IMG/VR virus record: IMGVR_UViG_3300027969_000060
Span: 1 to 64,000 of that record
DNA from: a virus
Reading direction: 5' to 3' (one strand)
Length of the DNA stretch: 64,000 bases
Of the stretch, positions 1-9,758 are shown piece after piece. The notes under the pieces were generated by a model. That model did no database searches, was not told the DNA's origin, and worked only from the letters and a program-made list of their open reading frames with translations. Each line of letters starts with the position of its first letter. Position 1 is the first letter of the stretch. A program made the position numbers and the translations under genes.

Positions 1-80
1 TGTGGAGTTCCAGCCGGCCATGGATTAGTTACACCATCAGCTTCTTTAATTATATCAATATATTCGCGTAACGATTTCAT
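1..80 (-). CDS. 5' end of a putative internal head protein (partial, runs off the window)
   Basis: ATG at 78-80, 1 nt past the stop of the 82..870 gene. Reads MKSLREYIDIIKEADGVTNPWPAGTP and shares LRxYIDIxxEA and NPW with the 82..870 protein. Confidence 0.7.
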   Translation of the reverse strand, partial: MKSLREYIDIIKEADGVTNPWPAGTP

Positions 81-81
81 A

Positions 82-870
82 TTATTTCCTTGCTAGTTCT
101 ACAATACGTGCTAATGTTTGATCTTCTCTGTACGTAACAGATTCTTCAAAATTACCTGCTGAAAAATCCATGCCACTTTGCGTCACCATTGGGTTTCCGT
201 TTGAATAATCAGGTGCTGGTGTTGGCCTTGTGCCTTGGCCGCCAAATTGTTTCTGAGCTGCCTGAGTAGCTGGACCCATAACACCGTCAGCTTTAATTTT
301 TGCGCCTTTAGCAATTAAGTCTTGCTGAATTTTTAACACTGCCGGATCAGACTTAGCTGGAACTCTAGGTCTAGCTGCCTGTTGTGCCGCAGGAGCACCA
401 GCTGTTACTGTAGTTGGGGCGCCTGTTTCTGGATTAATACCATTTGGCATTGTTACGTTCTGACCGGTTGCAGGATCAACACCGTTAGCTTTTTGTGCCG
501 CTGCCAATTGTTCTGGAGACTGTGCTGGTGCCGCAGGAGCTGCCGCAGGAGCTGCCGCAGGAGCTGCCGCAGGAGCTGCCGCAGGAGCTGCCGCGCCTTT
601 CTTAGGAGCACGAGCAAGAATAAATTTATCAGTAGGATCAGCACCACCTAACCATTTTTGGTCTTCTGGTGTTAGCTTAGACCAAGCCGCTGCCTTAGCA
701 GGATCGTTAGTCCATGGATTTGCCGGCCCAGCTGGTGCTGCCACAGGAGCAGGAGTGCCAGTAGTTACAGGAGCACCGGAGCCGCTTGTTACAGGAACCC
801 CAGATCCAGATACTACGTTTGCTTCATTGACAATATCAATATAATGTCTTAAACCTTTAAATGTATTCAT
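82..870 (-). CDS. Ala/Pro-rich protein with a peptidoglycan-binding (PGBD-like) domain; putative internal head/ejected protein
   Basis: DPAVLKIQQDLIAKGAKIKADGVMGPATQAAQKQF matches the PG_binding_1 pattern (VxxLQxxL...DGxxGPxTxxA). N-terminus LRHYIDIVNEA. AGGA RBS upstream. Confidence 0.7.
   Translation of the reverse strand: MNTFKGLRHYIDIVNEANVVSGSGVPVTSGSGAPVTTGTPAPVAAPAGPANPWTNDPAKAAAWSKLTPEDQKWLGGADPTDKFILARAPKKGAAAPAAAPAAAPAAAPAAAPAAPAQSPEQLAAAQKANGVDPATGQNVTMPNGINPETGAPTTVTAGAPAAQQAARPRVPAKSDPAVLKIQQDLIAKGAKIKADGVMGPATQAAQKQFGGQGTRPTPAPDYSNGNPMVTQSGMDFSAGNFEESVTYREDQTLARIVELARK
529..594. repeat. Perfect 12-bp tandem repeat (TGCCGCAGGAGC x5.5) encoding an APAA linker
   Basis: Five exact copies plus a 6-nt partial copy. 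Single copies of the same 12-mer also occur at 385-396 and 1939-1950. Confidence 0.95.
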
Positions 871-879
871 AATTTTTCC

Positions 880-3525
880 TTAATTCTTTGGTAATTTTGA
901 TAGTATTGATTTCATTAACTCCGCAGGATTCATTTGTCCTCCTGGGAATTGGATGTTCTGGTTGGGCATACCTTGTTGAGCATTCGTAAATTGACCGCCA
1001 ACCAATTTTTGAATTTTTTTAGCCATATCATCTGGATTATTAAAATCTAATTCTTCATCTCCAAATTTAAGTTTCATGTTTTTAGCCATGTCGTTAAATT
1101 TAGTTCCTAGATCACCTGATGAATTAGCCATGTCGTTAAATTTGCCCATTACATCATCATAAGATGCAGGTTGACCGTTAATTGTGCCTGTGCTAGTAGA
1201 TGAGTTAGTAGATGTATTAGTGTTCGATGAATGCGGGCCTTGTAATTTAGCAATCAACGCATTGAGCTGGTCTAAACGAGGGTCTGCGCCTGCTTCGTCA
1301 ACTTCAATATTATGATTTGGTACGCCTGCTAAACGAATAATATCAACATGTTGATTGTGTGCGCTACCAGGATCTTTCATGTCAATAAATTTCATGACTC
1401 TTGTTAACTCTTCTGGGTTAACTTCCCCAAATGCACCGTCTTCAAACTGTTTCTTTAATTTAATTTTAATTCTTTCAGCGCCAAGTGGGAATGTACCGTT
1501 TTCTTTATTGTAGAATCCAGAGATAAATTTCATCATCTCATGAAGACCGTCTACTATCTCGCCGTCAAATCCAAAGTCTTCTGGACTCATGCCAGATTCT
1601 TTAATAGCATCGTGTAATGTAATTTCTCTAGATCCAAGATCCATTTTAGTATCAAGAGTTGCGCCTGCGTCTTTAGCTTTCTTAATTGCTTTGGCCATAC
1701 CTTGATGTGCTAGATGTTTAGCAGTACTGTGTCCTAATCCATGCTTACCGGCTTTAGCAATAGGATTCTTTCTAGGAGGATCAGGATCAAACGGTGGATC
1801 TTCGCTTTCTGGTAGAGGTGTTGGTTCTGTTGCTGGGGGTGTTGCACCTAATGCGCCGCCATCTGCTACCGCTTCTGGACCGCCTGGTAATGCAGGAGCA
1901 GGTTCAGTTGCCGCTGGAACTGGGGCCGGAGCCGGTGCTGCCGCAGGAGCAGGAGGTTGTTGTACTTCAGGATTGCCGCCATCAAAATGTATACGTGTTG
2001 CAATGTCTGGATCTCTTTGTAAAATAAATTGCTGTACTAAAGGACGTACATCTAAATCTGGATCAATATCACGTAATGAATTTAAAAATTCTACGTCGTC
2101 AATTAGGCCACGTAAACTTTCAATTGCATTAACACCTTCTGGGCCACCTTTTAATTCTTTAGAAAGAATTTGATTTAATTTTTCAATGGCGGCGTTTTGT
2201 GCATCTTTATTAGGACTAAAAATTTCATCTTTATCTTCACGAATAATATTATTCATAAAGTTTTCGTATGCTAACTCGAGATTTAAACTTTCATATACGT
2301 CAAACTCTTCTGCACCGGGAATCTTTTTGCCTGTTTCTATTTCGTGTTGTTTGGCCGCATGTCTAGCTGATTTACCTGCTTTTGAAGCAGAATCTTCATC
2401 GGGTGTGTCACTGTTAAAATAATCATCATGACGTTTTTTATGTTCTTTATAACGGTGATGCCAATCTGTTTTTATTGCAGTCTCAGTTTTAAATGATTCA
2501 TCAACTAAATCTTCAGCATTGAGTTCTAACACAGGCAACTCGGACTCGTCAACAAACTTATAAATGTATGGAAATACTGCTTTTAGTTCTTCGTTAAATG
2601 TTCGGATAGTCAAACGATCGATTAGATCGTTTGCAACTGCTTCGGGAATCATTTGTTCTTCTTGTTCTTCAAATGCTTCTACAAATGATTGGTAATATGC
2701 CGGGCGTTGTAATTTGTGAATAGTTTCTTTAATTTCTTCAATGCGCTCAATAACACGCTCTGTTACATTACCCATTGCTTCGCTGATTTGTTCTTGGCGA
2801 TTAACATATCCTTTAAACTTACGCAGACTTGCAAGCTCTTCTGACAAATTGCAAATATGTTTACCAATAGCATCGTATGGATTACCACCAGCTTTAATAT
2901 GTTCTGCCAATGCACGAGCACCATTTAAATGTTTGTAAGGATAACGGAACCGTTCGCCTTGATTGTTTTCAACATATATACTGTCAATGTGCATAGTGCG
3001 GCCAGCAGCCAAATCTAAATTGATTGGTTGTGTATGCTTAACCACTAGTCTCGCTTCCCCTAGATCTTGGTAGCTCATTCTAGCATTGCCGTACATTTTA
3101 CTTTCCATAACTGGTTCTTGAGGCATAACTGGTTCTTCCTTACGTTTTGCTTGAAACTCGTAATCTCGTTTATCCATATTACTCTTTCCAATGTTTTGTA
3201 CATCAAAATTTAAGAGTCTATCTTTAGCAAATTGTCTAAAACTACGGATGAATTTATAAGCATTATGATGTGTAGTATCGTCGTCATCGTTGACTAAATC
3301 TCCACTTACTTGCACCACAATTCCGTCATCGGCATCTAATGTAATAGCAATAGTTCCCAAAGGTTCACCGTCTTCGGTGTACTCGAATTCAAAAAATCGA
3401 GCTTTAGGAATATCTTCTTTTTTGCTTAATACAGCGGCATTTTCGTCCCCAATCTTGATGTTGGGGAAACGTGTTTGTATCTTTCCATACAAATCTTTAG
3501 CGATCTTATCTAAATTTGCGTCCAT
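880..3525 (-). CDS. Large acidic phage protein, probable prohead core/internal head protein
   Basis: 881-aa ORF directly downstream of terL, with a late-promoter motif just upstream. Acidic helical segments, a Pro/Ala linker, several hydrophobic-x-E sites and an IIRLAG motif. Confidence 0.55.
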   Translation of the reverse strand: MDANLDKIAKDLYGKIQTRFPNIKIGDENAAVLSKKEDIPKARFFEFEYTEDGEPLGTIAITLDADDGIVVQVSGDLVNDDDDTTHHNAYKFIRSFRQFAKDRLLNFDVQNIGKSNMDKRDYEFQAKRKEEPVMPQEPVMESKMYGNARMSYQDLGEARLVVKHTQPINLDLAAGRTMHIDSIYVENNQGERFRYPYKHLNGARALAEHIKAGGNPYDAIGKHICNLSEELASLRKFKGYVNRQEQISEAMGNVTERVIERIEEIKETIHKLQRPAYYQSFVEAFEEQEEQMIPEAVANDLIDRLTIRTFNEELKAVFPYIYKFVDESELPVLELNAEDLVDESFKTETAIKTDWHHRYKEHKKRHDDYFNSDTPDEDSASKAGKSARHAAKQHEIETGKKIPGAEEFDVYESLNLELAYENFMNNIIREDKDEIFSPNKDAQNAAIEKLNQILSKELKGGPEGVNAIESLRGLIDDVEFLNSLRDIDPDLDVRPLVQQFILQRDPDIATRIHFDGGNPEVQQPPAPAAAPAPAPVPAATEPAPALPGGPEAVADGGALGATPPATEPTPLPESEDPPFDPDPPRKNPIAKAGKHGLGHSTAKHLAHQGMAKAIKKAKDAGATLDTKMDLGSREITLHDAIKESGMSPEDFGFDGEIVDGLHEMMKFISGFYNKENGTFPLGAERIKIKLKKQFEDGAFGEVNPEELTRVMKFIDMKDPGSAHNQHVDIIRLAGVPNHNIEVDEAGADPRLDQLNALIAKLQGPHSSNTNTSTNSSTSTGTINGQPASYDDVMGKFNDMANSSGDLGTKFNDMAKNMKLKFGDEELDFNNPDDMAKKIQKLVGGQFTNAQQGMPNQNIQFPGGQMNPAELMKSILSKLPKN

Positions 3526-3538
3526 GTTATATTTATGC

Positions 3539-5131
3539 TTAGTTACTAGAAATGAATATAGGCAACGGTGCTTCCCAATCTTCGTCGGCTGTTGCTTCTA
3601 TTGTAAGTTTTTCAAAAACTCCCGGATCCCATTCGGCTAAAATTACAGTCATACGTACAATCAGCAGTAGTGCAGATACTAAGTCGTCATGCTGTCCGTC
3701 TTTAGCTTTAAACGTAACACCCAAAGCAATGAATGTTTTAAGTTCACTTAATAGGGTTTTGCTGTGTATTGTCATTTTATTTTCTTCAATAAAGTACTTT
3801 AAACGACTACAAGCTGATATTTTGTTGCCATGGGTAGTATTAAATCCTTTGCGGAATTTACGTACATGCCCTTTTCGAACAGGCTCGCTTAGGAATAATC
3901 CGGGAAATGTTTCTTCACCTAGGTTAGCAATAACAACTAGGGCCGCCTCGCCGATTGTGTTATTTTCAACACTCCAGTAGATATTATCGTTGTATTCTTC
4001 GCCAATTTCTTCTTTAATGTATCTAATTACATCTCTAAATAATTTAACTTGATCTTGTACAATAGTTAAATTATGTTGCCATTCAGCACATTGAATCATG
4101 CTAGGTAACTCAAATACCTGTATACCCGCAAAGTCGCCTCCTGTTCCTAAACTAGGATCTAGGCCAATAAGATAAATGTTTCCCGGCGTTGGCTTCTTAT
4201 ACCAGCGAACTTGTCCTGTTTTAAACTGCGGCTCTCTTCCTACCAGTTCTGCTAGTTTAATAGAACTAATTAATGTTTCATCAAAGATTAAAAACTCACA
4301 ACCATATTCTCGACGGAACTTTTCTTCACCGATACGACCCATTTCAACTTCTTTCCATTTATCATCTCTATCAGGGTGTTCGTGCCATTCAGCTCGAAAT
4401 CCGTGGAATCCATTACGGCCTAATCCATCAGTACGTTCGTTGCCAAACACATCAAACAAATCTTTTGATTCTTTCCATATAGTAGCAAATGTATCTTCGT
4501 CTGAATTTGGTGTGCTTGTAATAATTGCACGGCCACCAGTTGCTAGTGTAGGGGATATTGAAGTCCAAAACTCTTCCGCAATGTTCGGTTGCACAAATGC
4601 AAACTCATCGCAATATAGTAATGATATAGACATACCACGACCTGTTGTACCTGTTGTTGTCTGCGCAACAATTCGTGATCCGTTGTCAAATTCTATACTT
4701 TGTTTGTTATAACTAACAACACCACAGCGTATGAAATCTTCGCATAATTCGTATCCATAACGAATACGTTGCATAATTTCCTGGGCGCCTGTGTATTTGT
4801 GCGCGGCGACTAGAATTGTTTGATCAGGATGAAACATAGCGTACCATAGCAAGTATGCTGATGCGCATGTTGTCTTGCCGCTCTGACGGGGTAGCATATT
4901 GATATTGAATCGAAAATCGTGATAACTGCCCAACAATCGTTCCTGGTATTCAAAAGGCTGAAATTTCATTTTACCTCTTACAGGATGCTGGATATGAAAA
5001 AAGTTCTGGGCAAAGTGCAAATAGCCGTAATCGGGGTCAGCACACTTCAATAAGTGCGTAACTTGGTCTTCGCTAAACTTTTCTTTTGTGTGCGCTTTTT
5101 TGGTTAAGACGCCGTCGAGTGATTTTGCCAT
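3539..5131 (-). CDS. terL: Terminase large subunit (T4 gp17-like)
   Basis: Walker A LPRQSGKTT, Walker B LLYCDEFAF, motif III ITSTPN, nuclease acidic motifs GLDPS and HDDLVSA. Confidence 0.97.
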   Translation of the reverse strand: MAKSLDGVLTKKAHTKEKFSEDQVTHLLKCADPDYGYLHFAQNFFHIQHPVRGKMKFQPFEYQERLLGSYHDFRFNINMLPRQSGKTTCASAYLLWYAMFHPDQTILVAAHKYTGAQEIMQRIRYGYELCEDFIRCGVVSYNKQSIEFDNGSRIVAQTTTGTTGRGMSISLLYCDEFAFVQPNIAEEFWTSISPTLATGGRAIITSTPNSDEDTFATIWKESKDLFDVFGNERTDGLGRNGFHGFRAEWHEHPDRDDKWKEVEMGRIGEEKFRREYGCEFLIFDETLISSIKLAELVGREPQFKTGQVRWYKKPTPGNIYLIGLDPSLGTGGDFAGIQVFELPSMIQCAEWQHNLTIVQDQVKLFRDVIRYIKEEIGEEYNDNIYWSVENNTIGEAALVVIANLGEETFPGLFLSEPVRKGHVRKFRKGFNTTHGNKISACSRLKYFIEENKMTIHSKTLLSELKTFIALGVTFKAKDGQHDDLVSALLLIVRMTVILAEWDPGVFEKLTIEATADEDWEAPLPIFISSN

Positions 5132-5145
5132 ATGCTTATTTACAT

Positions 5146-5173
5146 AAAAAAAGGGCCATAAAGGCCCTTTTTT
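5146..5173. terminator. Intrinsic terminator hairpin, potentially bidirectional
   Basis: AAAAAAAGGGCC-ATAAA-GGCCCTTTTTT, lying between the 5190..5807 gene and the terL promoter. Confidence 0.85.
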
Positions 5174-5189
5174 GGATACTAGAAAATAG

Positions 5190-5807
5190 TTAGCCTTTTA
5201 GCCGACCATCAGCTTCTGCTGATTTTAACATGGCCGCACGGTCAGCATAGCTACCACGTTTGACATCTTTGGCTGCTGTCTTCTCACCTTTGGTAGGATC
5301 CTTAACATGTTTTAGTGCATCAAATTTATCTTCTTTAGCTTCTTTAATGTCGTTGTACATAGCTGATAATTTTTCAACTAATGATTCGTGCATCGGGTTC
5401 CCACCACCGTTAACTTTATGTGCTTCTCTACCGTCACTGGCTAAATCGTCGCCGTCAATTATATTTGTACCGGTAGTTGTAGGATTTGGTTCGTTAGCAT
5501 ATCCGTCTTCTAGATCTTGCATTTGAGAATCAAACTTGCTAGTACTGCCGATGATAATTTCGTCATCGCCGTGCATATCAGCTGGGCTTATACTATGGTC
5601 TCTGTCTTCGATGTTTTTTAAAATGCCCATTAAATCACGGATACCACCTGCGCCACTGCCATTCATGCTGACATTCATTGTTACTGAATCAGCTTGCTCT
5701 GGCCTAGGTCCTCCAATTGAAATACCCGGTAATGGCATTCCGCACTCTTCCATTGATTTACCTTCATCAATGTTTTTAATTTTTGTTAGTAGGTCTTGAA
5801 AGTTCAT
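5190..5807 (-). CDS. Hypothetical acidic protein, probable head-internal/scaffold-type protein
   Basis: 205-aa ORF with AGGA RBS. N-terminus MNFQDLLTKIKNIDEG; low complexity, with several hydrophobic-x-E sites. Confidence 0.5.
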   Translation of the reverse strand: MNFQDLLTKIKNIDEGKSMEECGMPLPGISIGGPRPEQADSVTMNVSMNGSGAGGIRDLMGILKNIEDRDHSISPADMHGDDEIIIGSTSKFDSQMQDLEDGYANEPNPTTTGTNIIDGDDLASDGREAHKVNGGGNPMHESLVEKLSAMYNDIKEAKEDKFDALKHVKDPTKGEKTAAKDVKRGSYADRAAMLKSAEADGRLKG

Positions 5808-5808
5808 A

Positions 5809-6420
5809 TTATAATCCTTTAGTAGTGGGCAATTTAACTTTCTTGCTGCCTACGGTACTTGTTGTTTTCTTTGTAGTCTTTGACTCTTTAGCATACTCTC
5901 TGTGTGCAGATTTTGCTAGTAGTTGATCGTTGACTCCGGTATATTCTTTGCCGGTATGTTTAGATTTGCTTAATTCTTTTAATAATGCCATCTTTTGTTT
6001 TTCACCAACTAAAGATTGTCCATCATTATTTGCTTCGTAATCTTTACCTAATAGTGTTTCACCTGACTTGTTGTCATGTTCATGATTAAGTTCGTCTTCT
6101 TCTTCTTCTTTTAAATTTCTTACACTAATTTTACTATCAGTGAATCCAGCACTAGCAATAGCATTTTTAACTTGTAAACTAGTTGTAGGATATGCTAATG
6201 TAACATCAAAAATAGTAACATTGGTATTCTTTAAAGATGGGAAGTCAATTGGACTTTCTTGAATCGGGGTTCTGCGAGGTGCTGAGCAATTTTCAAGTTT
6301 ATATTGCTCTAAAGCCATTTTAATTTTTTTAAGACTTTCTGGTTTAATTTCGCCAGCAAATCTTATTTTAAATTCGTAAACTTTTTTGCTTTCTGTTAGG
6401 TATTCTTTAAATGATTTCAT
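5809..6420 (-). CDS. Putative head-internal protein with a T4 capsid-targeting-like N-terminus
   Basis: MKSFKEYLTES resembles the T4 internal-protein targeting sequence MKTYQEFIAE. Late promoter motif and AGGA RBS upstream. Confidence 0.55.
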   Translation of the reverse strand: MKSFKEYLTESKKVYEFKIRFAGEIKPESLKKIKMALEQYKLENCSAPRRTPIQESPIDFPSLKNTNVTIFDVTLAYPTTSLQVKNAIASAGFTDSKISVRNLKEEEEDELNHEHDNKSGETLLGKDYEANNDGQSLVGEKQKMALLKELSKSKHTGKEYTGVNDQLLAKSAHREYAKESKTTKKTTSTVGSKKVKLPTTKGL

Positions 6421-6441
6421 TGTACATTCCTGTTACTATAT

Positions 6442-6930
6442 TTATTTCATATTCTTTAATTTTTCAATTAAACTATTACGATCAGTAACAATAAATCCTT
6501 CACCGTTGATGTTAATTCCGGGATCTTCTCCGCCAATAGCATCCTGATCTAACTTTTGCTTTTTTAATTGAAGCTCAATTATCTTAAGTTTTTTGTCAAT
6601 TTTAGCTGATTTTGCATCAATAGCGTTCTTAAGCATGCCGCCTGCTACTTCAAAAATCCTGCTTGAATAACGTGCTTCTACGTTCATGCCCAAGTCCATT
6701 AGGTCATCATATGCATCGGTAGCACGTTGAGCAAGTGCATCTAATTCTGCATCAGCAATATCTCCCAGTCCTTTAACTTGTGGTAAACTAGCAGATATTT
6801 TGTCAAATTCTTCCATACTACGTAAAAAAGTTTCTGGCTTTGCGGCCATATCTTTTTGCTTTTTCTTTTCTTCTGCTTTGATAAGTTCTTTACTAGCTGG
6901 CAGATTTAAAATTTCTTCAAGTTTTTTCAT
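6442..6930 (-). CDS. Candidate terminase small subunit (gp16-like)
   Basis: 162-aa helical/coiled-coil protein three genes upstream of terL. C-terminal IVTDRNSLIEKL resembles gp16 C-termini. The call is mainly positional. Confidence 0.45.
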   Translation of the reverse strand: MKKLEEILNLPASKELIKAEEKKKQKDMAAKPETFLRSMEEFDKISASLPQVKGLGDIADAELDALAQRATDAYDDLMDLGMNVEARYSSRIFEVAGGMLKNAIDAKSAKIDKKLKIIELQLKKQKLDQDAIGGEDPGININGEGFIVTDRNSLIEKLKNMK

Positions 6931-6945
6931 ACTAATACTTATCAG

Positions 6946-7857
6946 TTAGGGCCGTTCGTCAGGTTCAAAAATCTGTATATCTTTAAGTTTAGATCCGCTC
7001 TTATATTGTGAGGTCCAAATATATCCGTCTATTAATCCTAATTTTTTACAAAACTCTGAATTAAACACACCGTCTATTCTTAATGTAAATTTATTTTCGC
7101 TTTCAGTATCTACACCGTGATTATCAGCGGCATTAAATGTATACACTGGGCAATTATAATAGATTTTTTCTTTCTTTATCTCATCGTATACAAAAGCAGG
7201 CCTGTTTTTAGTAAATTGAATTGAAATATGATGCATCTTACTAGGTAATAATCCACTATCTCGGTGTATACAAACTGGATTGTTTTTAGAATTTTCAAAA
7301 ATTACAATTCTTCCTATCTCATCAAAAATGTTCCACGATTTAATCCAATTGTCAAGCAATGGAGTGTTTTCAATCCTTTCTCCGTTAGACTGAATTTTTG
7401 TAAAGTCAACAGCCCCCGATGCATTTCTAGAATTAAGATTTGGCCTCATAATAAACGTCATATTATTCCAACTAGGCTTTGCTAAACCAGTATTGTATAC
7501 ATAAGAGGTTATTTCTATATTTGTTTTTAAAGAAGCTCTAATATTTTCGGGAATGTATTGTTCAGCTCTCCATACATAGTAAGTTAAATATTTTTGATTG
7601 TTAATATCTTCAGGCACGTATGTGCTGTTGTATGCGTGATGAGATACTTTAGGATTTTTTATAATTTGTAATAGCTCTTGTTCAACGTCTCTAGCTTGGG
7701 TAGAGTCGACGTTAATAATATCAGAGAGATCAAAAAACGGATTTCCGCCTGTACCTATGCCAAGGATTCCAACTTCGTACCATTTAATAATCTTATATTG
7801 AAATTCTGGATTGATTTGTTTAAAACACGATATGGATGAGCGATCTTGATGTGGCAT
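6946..7857 (-). CDS. 2OG-Fe(II) oxygenase, aspartyl/asparaginyl beta-hydroxylase-like
   Basis: GRIVIF...PVCIHRD (HxD), FNAADNHGV (distal His) and FTLRIDG fit a double-stranded beta-helix dioxygenase. Confidence 0.65.
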   Translation of the reverse strand: MPHQDRSSISCFKQINPEFQYKIIKWYEVGILGIGTGGNPFFDLSDIINVDSTQARDVEQELLQIIKNPKVSHHAYNSTYVPEDINNQKYLTYYVWRAEQYIPENIRASLKTNIEITSYVYNTGLAKPSWNNMTFIMRPNLNSRNASGAVDFTKIQSNGERIENTPLLDNWIKSWNIFDEIGRIVIFENSKNNPVCIHRDSGLLPSKMHHISIQFTKNRPAFVYDEIKKEKIYYNCPVYTFNAADNHGVDTESENKFTLRIDGVFNSEFCKKLGLIDGYIWTSQYKSGSKLKDIQIFEPDERP

Positions 7858-7874
7858 GCAATTACTTATGCCAA

Positions 7875-8306
7875 TTAAGTCTGCTGGAATAAATCATTTT
7901 CGTTAAGTATACGGAATTTTATACCTTGTTGACGACACCAAAGTGACGCGGCCGCCCACTTTGCCTGATTCTTAACGAACTGTGCTTGGTTGTATTTGTT
8001 TTTCCCAACACGCTCTAAAATTGTTTGACTAGCTGGTTTAATTTCGATTAATTCAACAATCATCTTGCCTTTCTTATCTACATACTGTATAAAAAAGTCT
8101 GGCACATATATTGTATTTCTATTAGTGAGCGGGTCTCTGTAAGGTATACTGATTGCTTCGCTAGCCCATTTTTGTACACTTTTGTTTGTATCACAAAATC
8201 TCATAAAACTCCATTCCCAACTTGATCGGTACGTTGGCATCTTTGTACCAACATACTTGTCAGGTCGAGTCATTGTGAATTTACCTTGCGCAAATTTTGA
8301 AGCCAT
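7875..8306 (-). CDS. gp4: Head completion nuclease (T4 gp4-like, TnsA-type PD-(D/E)xK)
   Basis: YRSSWE-FM-FCD, KWASE-IPY, YVPDF, ELIEIKP and NQAKWAAA motifs. Confidence 0.92.
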   Translation of the reverse strand: MASKFAQGKFTMTRPDKYVGTKMPTYRSSWEWSFMRFCDTNKSVQKWASEAISIPYRDPLTNRNTIYVPDFFIQYVDKKGKMIVELIEIKPASQTILERVGKNKYNQAQFVKNQAKWAAASLWCRQQGIKFRILNENDLFQQT

Positions 8307-8307
8307 A

Positions 8308-8679
8308 TTAAATTAATATGTTTCGTGATTCGTAGGTATCAACTAATGGTGCAATTCTATAACCTAGTAAACTAGTTTTTTCTCTATAAGCATTTAGTAC
8401 CTGTGCAACTACTTGGCTTAATTGAATCTCAGTTAATTTTTTTAATGAATCAACTAATTCAAATACGTTTACATTATCAACTCTAGCTTGATTTAATAAT
8501 ACAATACTTGTACTTCTAGCACTTTCTGCATCAAATCCATGTTTTAAAAAGAATCCTACAATTGCATCAATTTGGTTACTTGGAAAGCTGATTTGATTAA
8601 CAAAGAACTTGTCAAAGAAACTTTTAACTTCTGTACTGCTGTCATTTATGTTGTTGTAAGGTAAATTTATAGATGGCAT
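8308..8679 (-). CDS. Hypothetical phage protein
   Basis: 123-aa ORF tightly packed between the tube-like gene and gp4, in the same orientation. Confidence 0.7.
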   Translation of the reverse strand: MPSINLPYNNINDSSTEVKSFFDKFFVNQISFPSNQIDAIVGFFLKHGFDAESARSTSIVLLNQARVDNVNVFELVDSLKKLTEIQLSQVVAQVLNAYREKTSLLGYRIAPLVDTYESRNILI

Positions 8680-8683
8680 ATTG

Positions 8684-9682
8684 TTAACCTAATTTAACTG
8701 GTAATGCGGCAATTGTATTAGTTATTGCATTTGCTACTGGAAATGCAATACCCTGTATGCCGCTCACGCCCTGCTGGGCAGATTTTACTAAGTTAGACAA
8801 TAGTCCCGGGGTACCTTGGGTGCCAGGCTCTTTTGTATTTTGATAACCATTGACAGTTGATGTTAAGTTATCTAAAAAGGCTTGTCCGTTGTTTTGTACA
8901 GCGCCGTTGCTTACAAAAGACGGACTTGCTGTTGTTAATCCTGCACCGCCTTGTAACGGGCTAGGTGTTGTATCATAGTGCTCTATTCCAAAGCCTTCTG
9001 GATCACCTGCAGATATCTGTCCTGACCCATAAGCCACTGCCTCGTATTGAATTACGGCAGTATTGTCGTTAACTTGTGTTCCTTGAGCAGAATCTAATGG
9101 ATTATGATTCCAGCTGGCAAAAATAGGATTAATTAATTTGTAACTAACGTATTCGTGTCTTGCTAATTGATAAATGGTTATATAATTAAAAAACGGTAGG
9201 ATACTGCCGTTATCAAACCCGTAGTTACCAGAAATGTAATTAGAATTTTTTGTAGCTGTTCTATTATATGCGCCAGCATTTTGTGCTTGGGTTGAATCAG
9301 CAAAATAATAGCTGTAATAATTTTGCCACAGTTGATTTATTAGCCCCATATTATCGTCATGGAATTTAATGTTTAAATTATTATACTTGTGACCTGTCAT
9401 CACATTTTTCTTTCTATTATATTGATTTAACGTTTCAGTACTAATAGTATAGTAAGGTAAGTCTACACTTTTAACTAACATGTTAATTTCATTTCTGTGG
9501 CGCTGTATAAGATCAATACTCTTCAACGCCGCAGGATTTATATTAAACGCTACATGGTATAGAAATTTAGTTTTAGGTAATAATCTAAAACCGTCATCGG
9601 AGAACAAACGAGCCGCGTGTTGTTGATCACGCAACTGAGTTGCCTCAGTAAGATTTAAATGTTGACTAGGTATGAATGCCAT
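8684..9682 (-). CDS. Tail-tube-fold baseplate/tube initiator protein (gp48/gp54-like)
   Basis: LVKSVDLP...NQYNRK...IKFHDDN...IQYE parallels the tube-protein pattern. Adjacent to the tail tube gene. Confidence 0.6.
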   Translation of the reverse strand: MAFIPSQHLNLTEATQLRDQQHAARLFSDDGFRLLPKTKFLYHVAFNINPAALKSIDLIQRHRNEINMLVKSVDLPYYTISTETLNQYNRKKNVMTGHKYNNLNIKFHDDNMGLINQLWQNYYSYYFADSTQAQNAGAYNRTATKNSNYISGNYGFDNGSILPFFNYITIYQLARHEYVSYKLINPIFASWNHNPLDSAQGTQVNDNTAVIQYEAVAYGSGQISAGDPEGFGIEHYDTTPSPLQGGAGLTTASPSFVSNGAVQNNGQAFLDNLTSTVNGYQNTKEPGTQGTPGLLSNLVKSAQQGVSGIQGIAFPVANAITNTIAALPVKLG

Positions 9683-9730
9683 AACAATATTTATTTAAAT
9701 AATAAACTACGCAGTTAATACACAGTCAAT

Positions 9731-9753
9731 AAAAAGCCCACATCATGTGGGCT
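9731..9753 (-). terminator. Intrinsic terminator after the sheath-tube operon
   Basis: - strand AGCCCACA-TGA-TGTGGGCT-TTTT, just after the tail tube stop codon. Confidence 0.85.
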
Positions 9754-9758
9754 AATTA

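Noticed and set aside
529-594. CRISPR array
   Set aside because: The 12-bp units are contiguous with no spacers, and they are in-frame coding sequence.
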